Made by a program: the position numbers and the translations under genes. Shown in pieces: positions 57,100 to 64,000 of a stretch of 64,000 nucleotides of DNA; position 1 is the stretch's first letter, and each line of letters opens with the position of its first letter. This DNA is from an uncultured Candidatus Rokubacteria bacterium. Its GTDB lineage: Bacteria; Methylomirabilota; Methylomirabilia; Rokubacteriales; DASRDR01. The stretch covers positions 96,001-160,000 of the forward strand of contig CAVPSB010000049.1 of assembly GCA_963708025.1 (NCBI GenBank), given 5' to 3'. The notes beneath the pieces were generated by a model that worked only from the letters and a program-made list of their open reading frames with translations, did no database searches and was not told where the DNA came from.

Positions 57100-58203
57100 T
57101 CAACCCGAGCGCTCCGCCAGCCACTCGGAGACGCGCGGCCAGCAGTGCCGGAAGGCGGCGCGGCCGGCGATGAGTGAAATGTGACCGCCCGGCAGCTCCA
57201 GGTACGTCTTGTCCTGGGTCCCGACGTGGTCGAGCAGGGCCCGGACGCACGGCGCCGGCGCGATGTAGTCCTCGGCGCCGGCCGCCACGAACACCGGGCA
57301 GCGAATCTGCTGGAGGTCCACGAGTCGCCCGCCGAGCCGCAGCTCCTTGCGGATCAATCGGTTCTCCTGGTAGAACTCCTTCACCCACTGCCGGAAGAAC
57401 TCGCCCGGGAACGGCACGTACTCGTTCGCCCATCGCCCGAGCGCCTTGTAGCCGTCCACGTACTTGTCGTTGTCGAGGTTCCACCACAGGTTGAGGGCGG
57501 TGGTGAGGTCCATCGTAGGCCGGAGCAGCTTGAACCCGACCCGGACCCAGTCGGCGGGGATCGCGCCCACCGTGTCAACGACCCGGTCCACGTCGTAGAA
57601 CCGCTTGTCGAGCCAGCGCGCGAAGAGCCCGGCCTGCGAGAAATCGATCGGGCCCGCCATGTTCACGTACGCCCTCACCGGCGCCTCCGGGTGCAGCGCG
57701 ACGTAGCAGGCCGAGAGCGGCGCCCCCATGCAGTAGCCGACGATGGACAGCCCGGAGACGCCCGAGGCCTCGAGCGTCTTCTTGACCATCCGCGGCAGGA
57801 TGCGCGTGACACACTCGTCCACGGTGAGGCCGTTGTCTTCCTCGCCGTAGACGCCCCAGTCCAGGAGGAAGAAGTCGAACCCCTGCCCGCTCATGTACTC
57901 CACGAAGGACGACCCGGGCTGGAGGTCGAAGATCGTCGGCCGGCTGATCCCGAGGTTGGGCACGAACAAGAGCGGGACCCGGCGCGTGCGCGGGCCCGCG
58001 TACCGGTAGAGCCGCGCCTTGTTCCGGCGGTAGACCTCCTCCCGCGGGCTGACGCCGATCTGAGGCTCGGCGGGATCGGTGATGAACTCCATGGCCCTGG
58101 CGGAGCGCCTGACGTTCCGGAGCCACTCGTCGGAGAGCGCCTTGAACGTCTCCGCCTGCTGCGCCGCATCGAGCATCGGGTCCCTCCCTGTCGGGGTCGT
58201 CAT
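57100..58203 (-). CDS. phaC: Class III poly(R)-hydroxyalkanoate synthase
   Basis: About 360 aa; KARLYRY, DLQPGSS, LLDWG, GYCMG lipase box, EDYI and GGH catalytic triad. Confidence 0.92.
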   Translation of the reverse strand: MTTPTGRDPMLDAAQQAETFKALSDEWLRNVRRSARAMEFITDPAEPQIGVSPREEVYRRNKARLYRYAGPRTRRVPLLFVPNLGISRPTIFDLQPGSSFVEYMSGQGFDFFLLDWGVYGEEDNGLTVDECVTRILPRMVKKTLEASGVSGLSIVGYCMGAPLSACYVALHPEAPVRAYVNMAGPIDFSQAGLFARWLDKRFYDVDRVVDTVGAIPADWVRVGFKLLRPTMDLTTALNLWWNLDNDKYVDGYKALGRWANEYVPFPGEFFRQWVKEFYQENRLIRKELRLGGRLVDLQQIRCPVFVAAGAEDYIAPAPCVRALLDHVGTQDKTYLELPGGHISLIAGRAAFRHCWPRVSEWLAERSG

Positions 58204-58209
58204 GGCTGT

Positions 58210-59532
58210 CTAGATGATACCGTTGGACCGCAGCTCCGCCAGCCTCTCCGGGCCGAAGCCGCAGTACCGGGCGTAGACCTGGCCGTTGTGGTAGCCGACC
58301 GGACGCCCCGGGACCTTCAGGCGGGGCGGCGTGCGGGTCATGCGCCAGGCGGGCATGGCGAGGAGGAGGGGTCCGTAGAGGGGGTCCTCGACGCGGCCGA
58401 AGCAGCCGCGCTCCCACCAGTGCGTCTCCGCCAGCGTCTGGCTTGGCCGGTTGACGGGCCCGAACACCACGACCCCCGGGCCCGGGTCGGCCAGCACCCG
58501 GGCCAGGATCTCGCTCGCGGTGTGGTTCACCGACCACCGCGCGATCTCCTCCCGGAGCGCGGCGCGGTTCTCGGGCTTCGTTCGATCGAGCGTCGTCTTG
58601 AAGCGCGGGTCCTGGGCCAGCTCCGGCCGCCCCATGATCCGGCAGATCGCATGGAAGTTCGGGTCGGTGTAGCCGGCGATGAAGGCCCACCCGTCCTTCA
58701 CCGGGACGAAGGTGTACACGGAGACCGCGAGGTCGTAGACGCCCATGCGCTGCCGGACGTCGCGGGCGGTGTGGTAGAGGAGCAGCGTGTACTCGAGGTA
58801 CCGCATGAGCGCCTCGGCCCCCGACACGTCGATCATCTGGCCCGCGCCCCCCGGCTGATCGCGCCAGTGGAGCGCGGCCAGCGTCGCCGCCCCGGCCCAC
58901 GCCGCCTGGGCGTAGGCGCTGATCCAGCTCCCGACCCGGGTCGGTCGAGCTTCCGGTCGGTCGTCGCCGGGCTCGCCCGTCAGGAACGCCAGTCCCGACA
59001 GGGCCTGGTCGATGAGGTCGTACTCGGGACCACCCTGGGCCGCCCGCGGGCCGAACTGGCCGTGGGTCGAGAGGGCGACGTACACCAGGCGCGGGTTGAG
59101 CGGCTGGAGCTGGCGGTAGCCGATTCCCCAGGCGTCCATCCGACCCGGCGGAAAGCCTTCGATGAGAACGTCGGCGCGGGTCGCGAGCCGCCGGAGCAGC
59201 GCCTGGCCCTCGGGGTGGGCCAGGTTCAGCGTCGCGTACGCGCGGTTCCGACCCTCGGCGAGGAACGCCAGGCCATCGCCCCCCACGCTCGCGTCGACCG
59301 GGCCCCACGCCCGGGCCGGGTCGCCCTCCGGGGGCTCCAGCTTCACCACCTCGGCGCCCAGCTCGCCGAGGAAGCCGGCCAGGACGTGGCCGCCGTAGTG
59401 GCCGACCGAGCAGTCGAGGACGAGCAGCCCGTCGAGCGCCTCGGGCTTCTCGGACACGCGGGCGGGGTCTTCCGCGTGGTGGATCCACTCCTGCCAGGAC
59501 GACGACCGCTCCGCCGAGCCCGGGTTGCTCAT
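58210..59532 (-). CDS. Class III (CaiB/BaiF) CoA-transferase subunit lacking the catalytic Asp
   Basis: ELGAEVVKLE, NPRLVY, FGP and YD; PTRVGSWISAY at the Asp position. Confidence 0.88.
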   Translation of the reverse strand: MSNPGSAERSSSWQEWIHHAEDPARVSEKPEALDGLLVLDCSVGHYGGHVLAGFLGELGAEVVKLEPPEGDPARAWGPVDASVGGDGLAFLAEGRNRAYATLNLAHPEGQALLRRLATRADVLIEGFPPGRMDAWGIGYRQLQPLNPRLVYVALSTHGQFGPRAAQGGPEYDLIDQALSGLAFLTGEPGDDRPEARPTRVGSWISAYAQAAWAGAATLAALHWRDQPGGAGQMIDVSGAEALMRYLEYTLLLYHTARDVRQRMGVYDLAVSVYTFVPVKDGWAFIAGYTDPNFHAICRIMGRPELAQDPRFKTTLDRTKPENRAALREEIARWSVNHTASEILARVLADPGPGVVVFGPVNRPSQTLAETHWWERGCFGRVEDPLYGPLLLAMPAWRMTRTPPRLKVPGRPVGYHNGQVYARYCGFGPERLAELRSNGII

Positions 59533-60863
59533 GGGGTCGGGGCGCCGCCTTTCCACTCGTCCGGCGGCTTGGCCCCCCGCCGGTCGGCCCACCGGCCGAT
59601 GACGCCGCGGCGCTCGAGGTCGGCGATCTCCGCGTCGGTCAGCCCGAGGAGCCCCTTGAGCACGTGCGCGTTGTGCCAGCCGACCGGCTTGCCGGCCCAC
59701 TTGTGGCGGGCTGGCGTGGCCGAGAGCTTCGGCGCCGGCCCGTAGTCGACGACCCGACCGTAGACCTCGTCGTCCAGCTCCCACACGCTGCCGCGCGCGC
59801 GGAAGTGGGGGTCCGCGTACTGGTCGCCCCCGTGCATCACGGGCGCGGCTGCGAAGCCGTGGCTCAGGGCCGCCGCCTCGACCTCCGCCCGCGAGCGCCC
59901 CTCGCACCAGCCCTGGATGAGTCGATCGAGCTCGTCGGCGGCGTCCGGCACCCGCCGGGCGGCGGCCGCTCGGAAGCGAGGGGCGTCGGCCAGCTCGGGT
60001 CGGCCGAGCGCTCGGACCAGCCCGGCGAACTCGCCGTCGGCGCCGGCCACGATCGCGGCGTAGCCATCCCGGCAGCGGAAGATCCCGGAGGGCACGTGCA
60101 CCGGGTCCCGGTTGCCCGTCTTCGGCCGGTCGCGCCCGGTGAGGCCCGCGTAGAGCCAGGTCCAGTCCATCGCCCGGACGAGCCCCTCGCACTGCGCCAT
60201 CTCGACGAACTGGCCCTCGCCCGTCCGATCACGCCAGCGGAGGGCGGCCAGGGCGCCCATCGCCGACAGGCAGGCTCCGAACCAGTCGCCCAGGTAGTTC
60301 CCGATCTTGGTCGGCAACGCCCCCTCGAAGCCCGAGATCGCCGTGAGCCCCGAGACCGCCTGGGCCAGCCCGTCGTACGAGGCCCGGCCCTCGGCAAAGG
60401 GCCCCCACTGGCCGAACCCGGTGTTGGAGACGTAGATGAGCTTCGGGTTCAGCTCCCGGAGCTGCCGGTAGCCGAGCCCCCACTTCGCCTCGGTGGTGCC
60501 GGGCTTGAAGTTCTCGATCACGATGTCGGAGCGAACGGCGAGCTTCCGGATAAGCGCCTGACCCTCGGCGTGATGGAGGTCGACGCCGATATGGTACTTG
60601 CCGTGGTTCTGCGGGAAGAAGGCGACCGAGACGTTCTTCCAGAAGCAGCCGGCGTGGCCGAGGATCCGGGTCACGTCGCCCCCGCCCGGCATCTCCACCT
60701 TGATCACCTCGGCGCCCAGCTCGCCCAGGAAATCCGCGGTGGCCGGGCCGAAGATGATGACCGAGAGATCGAGCACCCGGATGCCCCGGAGCGCCTCCGG
60801 CTTGGCGTGGAGCAGGGCGGGGTCGAATAACCGCCCCGCCCAGTCGAAGTAGGATTCGGTCAT
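59529..60863 (-). CDS. Class III (CaiB/BaiF) CoA-transferase, catalytic subunit
   Basis: GIRVLDLS, ENFKPG, GFGQWGP and PTKIGNYLGD with Asp. Confidence 0.92.
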   Translation of the reverse strand: MTESYFDWAGRLFDPALLHAKPEALRGIRVLDLSVIIFGPATADFLGELGAEVIKVEMPGGGDVTRILGHAGCFWKNVSVAFFPQNHGKYHIGVDLHHAEGQALIRKLAVRSDIVIENFKPGTTEAKWGLGYRQLRELNPKLIYVSNTGFGQWGPFAEGRASYDGLAQAVSGLTAISGFEGALPTKIGNYLGDWFGACLSAMGALAALRWRDRTGEGQFVEMAQCEGLVRAMDWTWLYAGLTGRDRPKTGNRDPVHVPSGIFRCRDGYAAIVAGADGEFAGLVRALGRPELADAPRFRAAAARRVPDAADELDRLIQGWCEGRSRAEVEAAALSHGFAAAPVMHGGDQYADPHFRARGSVWELDDEVYGRVVDYGPAPKLSATPARHKWAGKPVGWHNAHVLKGLLGLTDAEIADLERRGVIGRWADRRGAKPPDEWKGGAPTP

Positions 60864-60945
60864 TTGGCTGGGGCCGGCGTCGGGGACCCCGGTGGCGGCG
60901 AGATCCGAGGCGGCCCCGCCCGGGGCTCCGGGCCGGGCCGCTCGC

Positions 60946-61034
60946 TCAGTTCGGGACCTCCCCACCCCCCCAACCCCCCTCCCCCACCCACCGGGGGGAG
61001 GGGGGAGCCGGAGGACGCCATTCCTTCAGACCCT
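60946..61034 (-). repeat. Repeat family A, abutting the SCP2 stop codon
   Basis: Same core as the other family A copies. Confidence 0.88.
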
Positions 61035-61355
61035 CTAGATGCCGAACATCCCGGCCAGCTTCATCGCCAGCCCCATGTCTCCCTTGATCTTGAGCTTCCC
61101 GGACATGAACGCCATCTGACCGTTCAGCTTGCCGGAGACCATGTCGATCCAGTCCGGGGCCGCCATCGTCAGCGTGAGGTTCGGCGTGGCCGCCGCCCCC
61201 TCCTGCATGGCGCACTTCCCGTCGGCGATGTCGACGTGGTAGCTGCCCCCGCCCTGTCCCGTGATGTCGTACTGGATCGTCGCGTTGACGCCCTGCGCGC
61301 GGTCCGGCTTGAACCGGCCCGGCATCGCGTCGAAAGACTCCTTCACGGTGGCCAT
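61035..61355 (-). CDS. SCP2 sterol/lipid-binding domain protein
   Basis: QYDITG and GKLNGQMAFMSGKLKIKGDM. Confidence 0.92.
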   Translation of the reverse strand: MATVKESFDAMPGRFKPDRAQGVNATIQYDITGQGGGSYHVDIADGKCAMQEGAAATPNLTLTMAAPDWIDMVSGKLNGQMAFMSGKLKIKGDMGLAMKLAGMFGI

Positions 61356-61379
61356 AGTCACTCTCCTCGGAATCGAGGC

Positions 61380-62129
61380 TCAGAACGTGAACAGGTCCAT
61401 CCCGCCCGTCACCGTCAGCACGGCGCCGGTGATGTAGCGGGCGCGCTCGGAGCAGAGAAACGCGATGGCGTTGGCAATGTCCTCGGGATCACCCTCCCGC
61501 TGCATCGCCACCCGCTTCACCATCCGATCGTACATCGGTGACAGCTTCGTGTGCTCCCCGATGATCCCGGGGGCGATCACGTTGGCGGTCACGCCGTAGC
61601 GGGCGCCTTCCAGGGCCACCGAGCGCGCGAAGCCGATGACCCCCATCTTCGTCGTCGAGTACGCCGTCTGGCCGAAGCCGCCCATCAGGCCGGCGATGGA
61701 CGCCATGCAGACGACCCGGCCCCACCGGCGCTCCCGCATCCCGGGAAAGACGGCCTTGGTGACGTTGTAGGTGCCGCTGAGGTTGACCCGAAGGTTCAGG
61801 TCCCAGTCCTCGTCCTTCATGTCCTTGAGCTGGGCGAGCGTCCAGATGATCGAGGCGTTGTTCACCAGGATATCCACCGGCCCCAGCTCCCCCTGGACCC
61901 GGGCCACCGCGGCCTGCACGCCCGTCCGATCGGCGATGTCGCACTCGACGCCGAGGGCCTGCCCGCCCTTGCCGCGGATCTCCGCCGCCGTCTCCTCGGC
62001 GCCGTCCTTGTTGAGGTCGAGCACGGCCACCCGGCACCCTTCCTCCGCGAGCTTCAGGCAATCGGCGCGCCCCAGGTTCCGGGCACCCCCGGTCACCAGG
62101 GCGGTCTTTCCCGCAATCCCCAGGTCCAT
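61380..62129 (-). CDS. SDR oxidoreductase (FabG/PhaB-like)
   Basis: TGGARNLG, NNAS, GGFGQTAYSTTK and VTGG. Confidence 0.9.
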   Translation of the reverse strand: MDLGIAGKTALVTGGARNLGRADCLKLAEEGCRVAVLDLNKDGAEETAAEIRGKGGQALGVECDIADRTGVQAAVARVQGELGPVDILVNNASIIWTLAQLKDMKDEDWDLNLRVNLSGTYNVTKAVFPGMRERRWGRVVCMASIAGLMGGFGQTAYSTTKMGVIGFARSVALEGARYGVTANVIAPGIIGEHTKLSPMYDRMVKRVAMQREGDPEDIANAIAFLCSERARYITGAVLTVTGGMDLFTF

Positions 62130-62429
62130 TGCGTCCCCCCGGTTGGAGCCCGATGCTTCCGTCAGATGGCCGTCGGTGGTCGCTCCCGGCCGATGACGCG
62201 GCGCGTCCCGCGCAAAACGTAGCAGAACGGAGATGGGTACGCAACCTTCGTCGGGCAGCATGGAGGGGCGGTGGGATGCCGGCGCCTCAGAGCGGCGCTC
62301 TACGGGGTCATCTCGATGGACAGGCCTCCGCCGCAGACGGACGATGCAGGAGTATGGAGTGCGCGCGACATCCGACGGCCCACCTGAAGGCGCGGGGCCG
62401 GAACCATCGTGACCGGAGGAGCCTGCCCG

Positions 62430-62885
62430 ATGCCCGACGAGCATCACGACCGCCTTCGCATTCCTGAGCGGACGGAGTCCATCGACAGCGACGGCACTCG
62501 CCTCCTGCGGGTTCAAGACGGCAAGGCCCTGGCCCAGCGGACCCTGCACCCCGGGCTCTCGCCGGGGGCGGCGCCGGGGGCGATCATCACTCTGGCCAAC
62601 GCGGCGGCGTCGGCGGCCGGCACCTCGGCGCTGACCCCGACGGCGTCGCCCGCCTCCGGCGTCGTGCCGGTCACGATGCAGCTCTCCGTCAACCTGTTCC
62701 GCGAAGCGAGCCGCGGCATCCTGACTGCCGAGGCCGAAACCATCTACCGGGGGCGAAGCACGCTGATCGTCAACGTCAAGGTCCGGGACGAGCAGCGGAG
62801 CCTGGTCGCCACGCTCGTGGTGACCCAGCTCGCCCCCCGGGCGGCGGCTGGACCGGCGCAGGACGCCCCCCGGCTCGCCTCGTGA
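62430..62885 (+). CDS. PaaI/hotdog-fold thioesterase-like protein, degenerate active site
   Basis: VTMQLSVNLFR, LTAEA..IYRGRST and VRDEQ..LVA; usual HGG..D is replaced by APG..N. Confidence 0.65.
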   Translation: MPDEHHDRLRIPERTESIDSDGTRLLRVQDGKALAQRTLHPGLSPGAAPGAIITLANAAASAAGTSALTPTASPASGVVPVTMQLSVNLFREASRGILTAEAETIYRGRSTLIVNVKVRDEQRSLVATLVVTQLAPRAAAGPAQDAPRLAS

Positions 62886-62899
62886 ACCGCGGAGGTTCG

Positions 62900-63235
62900 A
62901 TGACGAGGAATCAGCTCCAGGCGTGCATCGCGGCTTGCCTCGACACGCACCGCATCTGCATGGAGACCGTGACGTATCTGCAGGCGAGCGAACCACGGAT
63001 CGACCCGGAGGGGATCCGCCTGCTCTTCACCTGCGCCGACGTCTGCCGGATGGGCGCCAGCCTGCTCCGGGGCGGCTGGGAGCTGCACGGACGGACCGGC
63101 GCCATCTGCGCCGAGGTGTGCGAGGAGTCGGCCCGGTATTGCGACCGGCTCGGCGGCGATCCGCGACTTCAGGCCTGCGCCGAAGCCTGCCGGCGCTGCG
63201 CCGAGGCCTGTTACCAGGCGGCACTCGCCGCCTGA
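62900..63235 (+). CDS. Four-helix bundle copper-binding protein (Csp/DUF326)
   Basis: Repeated CxxxC and CxxC motifs, ending CAEACRRCAEAC. Confidence 0.88.
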   Translation: MTRNQLQACIAACLDTHRICMETVTYLQASEPRIDPEGIRLLFTCADVCRMGASLLRGGWELHGRTGAICAEVCEESARYCDRLGGDPRLQACAEACRRCAEACYQAALAA

Positions 63236-63251
63236 GGGTGATCGGGCGCGG

Positions 63252-64000
63252 TCAGACCCCCCGGAACTCGGGGGGACGCTTGGCGAAGAAGGCCTGGATG
63301 CCTTCCGCCGCGTCCTCCGTCTTGAGGACCTCGAGGAACGCGCGGACCTCGGTGTCGATCCCCTGCTCGATCGGGCCGTTGAGACCGCGGTCCACGCACT
63401 CGAGGATGAGGCGGGTCGCGATCGGCGCGCGTTTCGCCAGGGTCCGGGCGAGGGCCTTCGCCTCGTTGAGCGTCTCGCCCTCCTTGGCCAGGCGGTTCAC
63501 GAGACCGAGGGCGAGCGCCTCGGACGCCGGGATCTGGGTGCCGAGGAGCAGGTACTCGAGGGCCTTGGTCCGACCGATGAGGCGAGGCAGCCGCTGGGTG
63601 CCGCCGTAGCCCGGGATGATGCCGAGGTTCGACTCGGTCTGCCCGATCCGGGCGGTCTCCTTCATCACCCGGAGGTGACAGGCCATCGCGATCTCGCAGC
63701 CGCCGCCGGTCGCATGTCCCTGGATCGCCGCGATGACGGGCTTGGGGAGCGTCTCGATCCGGCGGAGGAGCCCGGTCCCCCGCCGGAGGAAGGCCTCGAC
63801 GTCGTCGGCGGCGCCCCCGAAGGCGCTACCGAGGTCGGCCCCCCCGCAGAAGATCCGGTCCCCGGCGCCCGTGACGATGACGACCCGAACCGCGGCGTCG
63901 GCGACCAGCTCCGCCACGGCCGCCTCGAGGTCCACCACGAGCTGGGCCGAGATCGCGTTGGCTGGCGGTCGATTCAGGGTCACGACCGCAAATCCGTCCT
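63252..64000 (-). CDS. Enoyl-CoA hydratase/crotonase, 5' truncated by window edge
   Basis: LNRPPANA, FCGGAD, GGGCE..MACH and E.NLGIIPGYGGTQRL. Confidence 0.93.
   Translation of the reverse strand, partial: DGFAVVTLNRPPANAISAQLVVDLEAAVAELVADAAVRVVIVTGAGDRIFCGGADLGSAFGGAADDVEAFLRRGTGLLRRIETLPKPVIAAIQGHATGGGCEIAMACHLRVMKETARIGQTESNLGIIPGYGGTQRLPRLIGRTKALEYLLLGTQIPASEALALGLVNRLAKEGETLNEAKALARTLAKRAPIATRLILECVDRGLNGPIEQGIDTEVRAFLEVLKTEDAAEGIQAFFAKRPPEFRGV

Overview
High-GC bacterial chromosomal window. Gene content and the intergenic repeat style suggest Candidatus Rokubacteria (Methylomirabilota); this is an inference, not a database result. From left to right it holds: an acyl-CoA ligase and peptide-type ABC transporter; a minus-strand housekeeping run (ppdK, HOG-aldolase-like gene, ilvBNC, psd, pssA, leuAB, an asd remnant, truA); and a FadR-operator-bearing cluster encoding an oxalate-oxidoreductase-like 2-oxoacid:ferredoxin oxidoreductase with a TctCBA transporter, TerC and a FadR regulator. 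The middle is a mixed region: MocR regulator, Cys/Met lyase, MOSC-Smr fusion, RACo-like ATPase, lysA, ychF, ackA, an MNT-HEPN toxin-antitoxin pair, queF, DUF1800/DUF1501 and a variant clpS. The right end is a class III polyhydroxyalkanoate island (phaP/R/B/J/E/C) joined to a probable heterodimeric class III CoA-transferase, SCP2 and SDR. Several non-autonomous repeat families sit directly on stop codons, an 18-bp UUCG module is nested inside them, and four genes survive only as short remnants. Five single-base frameshifts look like sequencing errors. I recognised no rRNA, tRNA, CRISPR array or transposase. The best candidates for undescribed biology are the OOR-like/TTT cluster, the CoA-transferase-linked PHA operon and the stop-codon-associated repeat system.
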